From the NCBI GenBank assembly GCA_013331805.1, contig DUFS01000075.1:5860-17179 (forward strand): a stretch of 11,320 nt of DNA, read 5' to 3'. Source of the DNA: Candidatus Micrarchaeota archaeon (lineage in GTDB: Archaea > Micrarchaeota > Micrarchaeia > Anstonellales > Anstonellaceae). Shown here piece after piece: positions 1 to 5,905 of the stretch. The notes under the pieces are model-generated. The model had not been told where the DNA came from, made no database searches, and saw only the letters and a program-made list of their open reading frames with translations. A program made the translations under genes and the position numbers. Numbering within the stretch: the stretch's first letter is position 1; each line of letters opens with the position of its first letter.

Positions 1-1
1 T

Positions 2-1084
2 GCCTCCCTTGACAAGAAGCTCCCCTCCCTTATCTGTGAAGGAAGCGCCCATCTTGGAAAGCTCGCGCATCACGATTCGCATCCTGGCCCCTTCAGATCT
101 CCCAAGCGAGCCCATATTCTTGATCGATGTCTCGCCAGCGGCAAGGGACGCAAGCACAAGTGCGTGCGGAAGCAGCCTGCCAAGCTCTGGAGCCGAAAGA
201 GAAGCAGAAGAAAGGCTGCCTGCAGATGAGAGGAAATTTCCATTCCTGGAATGCGCTTCGGCTCCGAATGAAGTAAGCAGCTTTTCCAACGCCGGATCGG
301 GCGGCATGCCTTCGACCTCTATCCTTCCTGCCACAGCGCCTGCAAGCAAAAGGAAGGAGGATAGGTATGAGCTCGGGGGGACTTCAATCTCGCCAGGGGG
401 CGCGTACTCCTGGCCGCCCTGCACGTACAGGAAATCGCTCCCCTCGCTGCTGAAGGATATGCCGCACTTTTTCATCACTCCTATGGTCTGCCCAACGTAT
501 TCCCAGCCAGGCATTTGCCCTTCGATCCCTATTTCCGTGTCATCCATGCGCAAGGGAGCGCAGAGAAGCAGGCCTGAAAGGAACTGCGTGCCCAGCTGGG
601 AAGGGTAAACCATCTGCTCAACGCTGATTGGACCTTTTATCCTGACTGGGAGGAACCCGGAGGGGGTGAAGCAGGTTGCGCCCAGCCTCTCAAGGTAACC
701 CACATAGGGCTCTATGGGCTTTTTTCCCAACTGTCCGGAGCCAGACAGCTCCACTTCTTTGTCGAAAAGAGAGCAGAGGGAAATGAAGAGCTTGAGCGTG
801 GTGTTGCTTGCGCCGCAAGCGAGGATGGGTGGGGGGAAAATCTCCTCCGCGCCGAACACGTCTGCAACCGTTCCTTCCGTGACTATGTCCGCTCCAAAGG
901 CGTTGCACGCCGATATTGTGGCATCAATATTGGGGGAAGGCGGAAGATTGGAAACCACGGTCTGGCCAACAGCAACCGAGCATGCGAAAAGAATCCTGTG
1001 AGGGGCTGCAACTGAGGCTGGCGCGCGGATTTTCCCTGCGATTATCGAACGGCGGATCAACCTTTCCACACCAAAGGTTCGCAT
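2..1084 (-). CDS. AroA/EPSP-synthase-like protein with degenerate active site (3' end beyond window)
   Basis: Manual translation from ATG 1084; the frame reads open to the window edge, which would explain its absence from the ORF track. MRTFGVERLIRRSIIAGKIRAPASVAAPHRILFACSVAVGQTVVSNLPPSPNIDATISACNAFGAD...CGASNTTLKL...GKKP...GFLPVRIKG...LGTQFLSGLLLCAP...VPPSSYLSSFLLLAG...LGRLLPHALVLASLAAGETSIKNMGSLGRSEGARMRIVMRELSKMGA. Motif order and spacing are collinear with AroA. Confidence 0.85.
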   Translation of the reverse strand, partial: MRTFGVERLIRRSIIAGKIRAPASVAAPHRILFACSVAVGQTVVSNLPPSPNIDATISACNAFGADIVTEGTVADVFGAEEIFPPPILACGASNTTLKLFISLCSLFDKEVELSGSGQLGKKPIEPYVGYLERLGATCFTPSGFLPVRIKGPISVEQMVYPSQLGTQFLSGLLLCAPLRMDDTEIGIEGQMPGWEYVGQTIGVMKKCGISFSSEGSDFLYVQGGQEYAPPGEIEVPPSSYLSSFLLLAGAVAGRIEVEGMPPDPALEKLLTSFGAEAHSRNGNFLSSAGSLSSASLSAPELGRLLPHALVLASLAAGETSIKNMGSLGRSEGARMRIVMRELSKMGASFTDKGGELLVKGG

Positions 1085-1129
1085 ACGCCTTTTTTATTCC
1101 TTTATCTGGAGAATTCCGCTGGGAGGGAA
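1085..1129. promoter_or_regulatory. 45-bp divergent promoter region between aroA-like gene and trm1
   Basis: Only non-coding gap between two head-to-head starts; contains AT-rich ttttttatt and tttatc TATA-like stretches. Confidence 0.45.
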
Positions 1130-2221
1130 ATGGGCAAAACAAAAGAAGGGGGCATGCTGCTCTCGGTTCCAAATGGGGTTTTCTACAATCCGGAGATGGA
1201 GCTTTGCCGGGACCTTTCGGGCCTGTGCCTCGGCGCACTCGGGGGAAAGCTGTCCGTGGTGGACGCCATGTGCGCAACCGGGGTGCGGGGCCTGCGCTAC
1301 AGGAAGGAAAACGGAAACGTGTCTTCGCTTGCGCTTGTGGACATGAGCAGCAGGGCGGTGGCAGCCGCGAAAAGGAATGCGGCGGCGAACAGGGTGAAAT
1401 GCACTGTGGCAAAAAGGGACGCCTGCGAGTATCTCCGCAATAGGGGATTTGACTTTGTCGAGCTTGACCCGTTCGGCTCCCCTGCGCCCTATCTTCACGA
1501 CGCGGCAAAATCTTTCAGGGAAAAAAAGCAGGGATTCCTTTCGGTCACCGCAACTGACATGGCTGTGCTTTGCGGCGCGCACCATGCTGCCTGCATGAAA
1601 TACTACGGAGCGGTTCCCCTTGACAACGAATTCTGCCACGAGAACGCGGTAAGGATACTGGCAGGAAAGGTCATACTCAACTGCGCGCCCTTCAACCTCT
1701 CTGCCGAGCCCATATTCACGCTGTCCCACAGGCATTACGTTAAAATGATATTCGAACTCAGGCGGGGCTCCGAAGGCGCTGTGGAGTCGGTGAAACGGCT
1801 GGGTTTTGTATCCTACTGCCCTGCGTGCTGCTTCCGCGAGGCAAAAAGGCTGGTTGCTATCGAGCGCTGCCCGTCCTGCGGCCATCTTCTCCAGTATGCC
1901 GGGCCGCTTTACACAGGAGCGCTTTGGAGGGAGGATACCCTGAAATCCATGCTCAGGCTCAATGCAAAACGCGTCTACCGCAAGCGCGCCCAAATCGAAA
2001 AGCTTCTGAACACCATGATTTCAGAAAGCGGCATACGCGCATACGGCTATTATGATTTGCATACGCTGGCCAAGAAACTCTCGGTCAGGATAAAGGGAAT
2101 GGAAGAGATGCTGGCTGACTTTGCCGCAGAGGGCCTTTCCGCCTCCCGAACGCATTTCTGCCCTACTGCAATCAGGACTGACGCGCCGCACAAGAAAATA
2201 ATCGAGCTGGTGAGCAAGTGA
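1130..2221 (+). CDS. trm1: tRNA (guanine26-N2)-dimethyltransferase Trm1
   Basis: GVFYNPEMELCRDL, SAM-binding DAMCATGVRGLRY, LDPFGSP, VTATD, CxxC...CxxC zinc motif, GPLY, C-terminal SRTHF..AIRTDAP; 363 aa. Confidence 0.95.
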   Translation: MGKTKEGGMLLSVPNGVFYNPEMELCRDLSGLCLGALGGKLSVVDAMCATGVRGLRYRKENGNVSSLALVDMSSRAVAAAKRNAAANRVKCTVAKRDACEYLRNRGFDFVELDPFGSPAPYLHDAAKSFREKKQGFLSVTATDMAVLCGAHHAACMKYYGAVPLDNEFCHENAVRILAGKVILNCAPFNLSAEPIFTLSHRHYVKMIFELRRGSEGAVESVKRLGFVSYCPACCFREAKRLVAIERCPSCGHLLQYAGPLYTGALWREDTLKSMLRLNAKRVYRKRAQIEKLLNTMISESGIRAYGYYDLHTLAKKLSVRIKGMEEMLADFAAEGLSASRTHFCPTAIRTDAPHKKIIELVSK

Positions 2222-2685
2222 ACGATCTTGAGACAATAGAAAAAATACTCGCAATGAAAAAAATTGCCGTTGTGGGGCTTTCGGACAATCCGGAAAGGCC
2301 TTCCTTCGTTGTCGCAAAATACCTCGAGGAGAAAGGATACGAGATAATACCTGTCAACCCTTCAATCGACTCCTGGCTCGGCCATAAAAGCTTCCCTGAC
2401 ATCCCTTCCGTGCTCCAGAAAATCGAGGTAGTGGACATATTCAGGAAAAGCGAATCAGTGCCGGAAATAGTCAGGCAGGCAATAGCGGTCGGGGCAAAGG
2501 CTATCTGGATGCAGGAGGGAGTGGTGTCTGAGACTGCAGCTGAAGAAGCAAAGGCTGCCGGGCTCCTGGTTGTCATGGACAGGTGCATGAAAAAAGCCCA
2601 CGAGGCTTTTTTCAGAAGTGGAAGCGAATCCGCTTCCACTCAGATCAAGAAGGAGCACGAGAAAAGGCAGGCAGAACCACGTTGA
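2218..2685 (+). CDS. CoA-binding protein (YccU-like)
   Basis: KIAVVGLSDNPERPS, GYEIIPVNP, VVDIFR, AKAIWMQEG, VVMDRC are typical of the family. GTG start overlaps the trm1 TGA (GTGA). Confidence 0.9.
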   Translation: MNDLETIEKILAMKKIAVVGLSDNPERPSFVVAKYLEEKGYEIIPVNPSIDSWLGHKSFPDIPSVLQKIEVVDIFRKSESVPEIVRQAIAVGAKAIWMQEGVVSETAAEEAKAAGLLVVMDRCMKKAHEAFFRSGSESASTQIKKEHEKRQAEPR

Positions 2686-2700
2686 TTACCCTACCTCGCA

Positions 2701-2749
2701 ATATATAACCATTCTTGTCCAAACAGAAGAAAAGATTAACAATTGTTAA
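2701..2749 (+). promoter_or_regulatory. TATA box (2701-2708) and perfect 14-bp palindrome TTAACAATTGTTAA (2736-2749) upstream of FTR1 permease
   Basis: atatataa is followed about 30 bp later by an exact palindrome ending 9 bp before the ATG at 2759. Confidence 0.6.
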
Positions 2750-2758
2750 CGTGGTGGC

Positions 2759-3580
2759 ATGCCTCTTGCAGAATTCATAGTCGCATTCCGCGAAACATTT
2801 GAAATCGCGCTTGTGATAGGCATAATGCTCGCCTACCTTCACAAGACGAAAAACTCAAAGCACTCTGGCGCGTTATACCTCGGGATAGCGCTTGCTGTGA
2901 TTGCCAGCGTGCTTGCAGCAGCCGCCATCAACCTTGCCGCGGAATGGTTTGAGGAGAATGAGGCGCTATTCGAAGGCACGGTGCTTGTCATCTCGGCCGT
3001 GCTGGTGACATGGCTCGTTCTTTGGATGTTGGAACAGAAGGACATAATTGGTAGAATTAAGAAAGGGCTGAGGGTGAAGATTGGGCGGAATGAAAAGGCG
3101 GGGCTGGTGGCATTCGCATTCGTTGCGGTTTTCAGGGAAGGGGCGGAGATGGTCCTATTCTTGTGGGGCATCTGGGCCTCCACTGGGGCGATAAGCGTTG
3201 CGGGCGCAATTGCAGGGGGCGCTGTGGCGCTTCTAGCCGCCTATGCGTTTTTCACAAGCGCGCTGAAGCTGCCCCTGGGAAAATTTTTCACCTATACTTC
3301 CATTGTATTGGTGCTCCTGGCAGCCGGGCTTCTGTCGCAGGGCGTGCATGAGCTCCAGGAAGCCAAGGTGCTTCCAACCGCAATCGAGCATGTCTATGAC
3401 ATCACCCCTTCCCCAAACGCGGATGGAAGCTTTCCCTTGATGCATGAAAAGGGCGCAATCGGGGGGGTACTCAAGGGCCTTGTTGGCTATGACACCTCGC
3501 CCTCGCTTGAGCAGGCAGCGGCCTATTTCATTTACCTCGGGTCTGCCCTGCTTCTCTACAGGCGTATATCCGATCGCTGA
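2759..3580 (+). CDS. FTR1/EfeU-family iron permease
   Basis: Two RExxE motifs (FRETFE, FREGAE), about 7 hydrophobic segments, LAAGLLSQGVHELQEA, GxxLKGLVGY; 273 aa. Confidence 0.92.
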   Translation: MPLAEFIVAFRETFEIALVIGIMLAYLHKTKNSKHSGALYLGIALAVIASVLAAAAINLAAEWFEENEALFEGTVLVISAVLVTWLVLWMLEQKDIIGRIKKGLRVKIGRNEKAGLVAFAFVAVFREGAEMVLFLWGIWASTGAISVAGAIAGGAVALLAAYAFFTSALKLPLGKFFTYTSIVLVLLAAGLLSQGVHELQEAKVLPTAIEHVYDITPSPNADGSFPLMHEKGAIGGVLKGLVGYDTSPSLEQAAAYFIYLGSALLLYRRISDR

Positions 3581-3594
3581 AAACAGGTTCGGTG

Positions 3595-3602
3595 TTTATT
3601 AA
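3595..3602 (+). promoter_or_regulatory. TATA-like box for tRNA cluster
   Basis: tttattaa ends 26 bp upstream of the tRNA-Phe 5' end. Confidence 0.5.
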
Positions 3603-3628
3603 CGTTTATTCTTACAATTCTGCTGCAC

Positions 3629-3759
3629 GCCATAGTAGCTCAACCTGGGAGAGCAATCGGCTGAAGAACTGCCTGCTGGATAGAGGGATGCTGGATTCCC
3701 CAAAACCCGCAGGAGGTTTTGGGACCGATGTGTTGCTGGTTCAAATCCGGCCTATGGCA
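3629..3759 (+). tRNA. tRNA-Phe(GAA) with 57-nt intron at 37/38 (3667-3723)
   Basis: Acceptor GCCATAG/CTATGGC plus discriminator A, D-stem GCTC/GAGC, anticodon stem ATCGG/CCGAT with loop CT-GAA-G|A, T-arm GCTGG-TTCAAAT-CCGGC; 74 nt after intron removal; CCA not encoded. Confidence 0.92.
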
Positions 3760-3762
3760 TGA

Positions 3763-3840
3763 CAAAATTGCGGAGCAATTTTGGCAGACAGGGGAGCAGC
3801 GGCTCCCATGGATCGGAATTTCGCGCGAGCGAAATTACGA
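3763..3840 (+). repeat. Three consecutive stem-loops in tRNA-Phe/tRNA-Asn spacer
   Basis: CAAAATTGC-gga-GCAATTTTG (3763-3783); GGGAGC-agcg-GCTCCC (3792-3807); AATTTCGC-gcga-GCGAAATT (3817-3836, extendable by TCG/CGA). Confidence 0.8.
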
Positions 3841-3845
3841 AATTT

Positions 3846-3969
3846 GCCTCGGTAGCTCAGTCATTTCTTGAGGGTAAGCCTCTTGAGACTGAACGGTAGA
3901 GCGATGGACTGTTACCGCGCGTTTGCGGCGGAAATCCATAGGTCGAAGGTTCAAGTCCTTCCCGGGGCG
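3846..3969 (+). tRNA. tRNA-Asn(GTT) with two introns: D-loop 17/18 (3863-3894) and canonical 37/38 (3915-3933)
   Basis: Acceptor GCCTCGG/CCGGGGC plus discriminator G; the D-loop becomes AGTC|GGTA after removing 32 nt (BHB helix TCAG/CTGA); anticodon stem ATGGA/TCCAT with loop CT-GTT-A|A after removing 19 nt (BHB helix CTGT/GCGG); T-arm GAAGG-TTCAAGT-CCTTC. Confidence 0.92.
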
Positions 3970-3981
3970 CTTAGAGCGAAT

Positions 3982-4080
3982 CGGGAGCAGTGGAACGATG
4001 CGTCGTTCCGCTCAATCCCGGGCGTACCGAAGTTCGGCACGGGAGCAGTGGTCGCAAGACCGCTCAATCCCGGGGCGCTT
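3982..4080 (+). repeat. Two tandem BHB-forming repeat units, each ending in a copy of the tRNA-Asn 3' end
   Basis: Unit 1 (3982-4024): CGGGAGCAGTGG-aacgatgcgtcgtt-CCGCTCAATCCCGGGCG. Unit 2 (4040-4080): CGGGAGCAGTGG-tcgcaaga-CCGCTCAATCCCGGGGCGCTT. 4068-4080 is identical to 3960-3972. Confidence 0.9.
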
Positions 4081-4084
4081 TTTT
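4079..4084 (+). terminator. oligo-T terminator candidate for tRNA operon
   Basis: First T6 run downstream of tRNA-Asn, immediately after repeat unit 2; archaeal terminators are commonly oligo-T. Confidence 0.45.
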
Positions 4085-4253
4085 CCTTAAGCGGCCAGCC
4101 TCATTTTCCCGATATTTTGATTAAGGATTTTATTCAGGATTTTCTGCCCGAGGAATGCCGGCTTCCCATCATTTTATAAAACATGATTCCCTGCCTTGGC
4201 AACTGAACGCTTTTTTACCCTTTTCCTTGCAAATGGAGCACAAGGTTGATGCC

Positions 4254-4574
4254 ATGATTGACAAGGAAAAAATCCAAAAGGAAGAGGAGGCTGTTGCAGC
4301 GCTTGTGGACGAGTTCAACTCCAAGCTTACCTCCGAAATGAAGGGGCGCCCCTATCTCCTGGTGCTCTCCACATTGTACGAAGTGGAGCGGGAAGGGAAC
4401 AAGAGCAAGATAGCCGCGCAGTGGAACTGGCGCACGAACATCGACAGCAGGACAGAAGGGAGGAAGGAATCCGACATAGAAACCGGCAGAAAGATGATGC
4501 TTCTTCTCATTGACCAGCTCAAAGACGTGGTGGAGCGGCCCAAGAACGGGCTCAAGGGCCGCTACAAGCTCTGA
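4254..4574 (+). CDS. hypothetical soluble protein (106 aa)
   Basis: Natural charged composition (MIDKEKIQKEEEAVAALVDEF...); SD-like aggttgat before ATG 4254 (alternative ATG 4233); stop converges on the eno stop; no family recognised. Confidence 0.7.
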   Translation: MIDKEKIQKEEEAVAALVDEFNSKLTSEMKGRPYLLVLSTLYEVEREGNKSKIAAQWNWRTNIDSRTEGRKESDIETGRKMMLLLIDQLKDVVERPKNGLKGRYKL

Positions 4575-4581
4575 ATACCGG

Positions 4582-5841
4582 CTAGAAGACAAGGCAGGAA
4601 TCTTGGGCAAATGAGCCGGATGATAGCTCTTCTTCTATCTGGAGGAGCCGGTTGTACTTTGCCGTCCTCTCTGCACGGGCACATGAGCCTGTTTTTATCT
4701 GCCCGCAGCCTATGCCCACCGCAATGTCGGCAATCGCAGTGTCCTCGGTTTCACCCGAGCGGTGCGACACTATTACGCCCAGCTTGTGCTCCTGGCAGAC
4801 CCTGGCAGCCTGAAGCGCCTCGGAAAGCGTGCCCACCTGGTTCACTTTCAGAAGGAGCGCGGAAACTGAGTTGCGCAGGATTGCGGATTTGAGCCTGTCC
4901 ACATTGGTCGCCAACAAGTCATCGCCAACGATCTGCACCTTGCCTGAAAGCCTTTTGCGCAGGGCTGCAAAGCCTTCAAAGGACTCCTCCTCAAACGGGT
5001 CCTCCAGGCTGACAATCGGAAACTCCTTTGCAAGAGACACGTAATAGTCGGAAAGCTCTTCTGGGAAGAGCAATTTGCCGTCTATTGAGTATTTCCCTGT
5101 TTTTGATTCGTAAAATGAGGATGCTGCTGCGTCAAGGGCGAGCTTGACCTCCTTTGCATATCCGCATTCCTTTATGGCGGACTCCAAAAGCCCCAATGCC
5201 TCGCGGGAATCCGAGCAGGGGGGCGCAAACCCTCCCTCATCGCCCAGTGAGATGGAGCCCTTGCCGTATTTTTTCGTTATCTTGTGGGCAAGTGAATGGT
5301 AGATTTCAGCTCCTGCCCGGAGGGCATCGGAATAAGCCTTGAAATGGAGCGGGAAGATCATGAATTCCTGTATTGAAATCCCGTTTGCGGCGTGCTTGCC
5401 CCCGTTGAGCACATTCATCATGGGAGCCGGGATCTTCTTTTTCCCAAACCTCCTGTAAAGGCTGACGCCGTTTTCGGACGCAGCGCACTTTGCTATTGCG
5501 AGCGAAACCGCAGTCGTGGCATTGGCCCCGAGATTGGACTTGTTCGCTGTGCCGTCCAGGTCGCACATCTTCTGGTCAGCGCGCTTCTGGTCCCCCACTT
5601 CCATGCCTGCCAAAGCCTTTGCAATGGGTCCGTTCACGTTGCCCACTGCCACCTTGACGCCCTTTCCGCCGTACCTTTTCCCCCCGTCGCGAAGCTCCAT
5701 TGCCTCGTGGCTGCCGGTCGAGGCTCCGGACGGCGATGTGGCCCTGCCAAAGCCTTTTTCGGAACGCACCTCTGCCTGCACCGTTGGGTTGCCCCGCGAG
5801 TCGAGAACTTCGCGTGCGAAAATGCGAGTAATCTTGGTCAA
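4582..5841 (-). CDS. eno: enolase
   Basis: REVLDSRGNPTV, PSGASTG, GDEGGFAP, LLLKVNQVG, VSHRSGETED, QIKTG..R.ER.AKYN. Start placed at TTG 5841 (GGTGG SD; MTKITRIFARE matches the usual N-terminus) rather than GTG 5868. Confidence 0.97.
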   Translation of the reverse strand: MTKITRIFAREVLDSRGNPTVQAEVRSEKGFGRATSPSGASTGSHEAMELRDGGKRYGGKGVKVAVGNVNGPIAKALAGMEVGDQKRADQKMCDLDGTANKSNLGANATTAVSLAIAKCAASENGVSLYRRFGKKKIPAPMMNVLNGGKHAANGISIQEFMIFPLHFKAYSDALRAGAEIYHSLAHKITKKYGKGSISLGDEGGFAPPCSDSREALGLLESAIKECGYAKEVKLALDAAASSFYESKTGKYSIDGKLLFPEELSDYYVSLAKEFPIVSLEDPFEEESFEGFAALRKRLSGKVQIVGDDLLATNVDRLKSAILRNSVSALLLKVNQVGTLSEALQAARVCQEHKLGVIVSHRSGETEDTAIADIAVGIGCGQIKTGSCARAERTAKYNRLLQIEEELSSGSFAQDSCLVF

Positions 5842-5905
5842 TCCACCCACCCGTACCAAGGCTTCCACTTTATACTTAAAAAAACGATTGGGTCGGAAAA
5901 GCGGC

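Noticed and set aside
9..1001. Plus-strand ORFs 9-608 and 714-1001
   Set aside because: Antisense shadows of the aroA-like gene. The other overlapping ORFs opposite trm1, eno, ileS and rfcS are rejected for the same reason.
3667..3723. Box C/D guide RNA inside the tRNA-Phe intron
   Set aside because: No RTGATGA box C or CTGA box D within the intron.
3982..4080. CRISPR mini-array
   Set aside because: Only two units, variable parts are 8-15 nt and self-complementary, and there are no cas genes in the window.
4008..4080. Third, permuted or split tRNA (GCTC...GAGC D-stem-like arms, GCA triplet in a loop, acceptor-like 3' end)
   Set aside because: No T-arm (GTTCRA), no 5' acceptor strand and no 7-nt anticodon loop with U33.
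3960..4080. attL/attR of an integrated virus at tRNA-Asn
   Set aside because: The 13-bp duplicates are only about 100 bp apart with no integrase. A collapsed remnant cannot be excluded, but no element is present.
4111..4145. Short GATTTT-like iterations
   Set aside because: Too short and irregular in an AT-rich intergenic stretch to distinguish from chance.
3868..4179. 103-aa ORF in the track
   Set aside because: Overlaps tRNA-Asn and the repeats; spurious.
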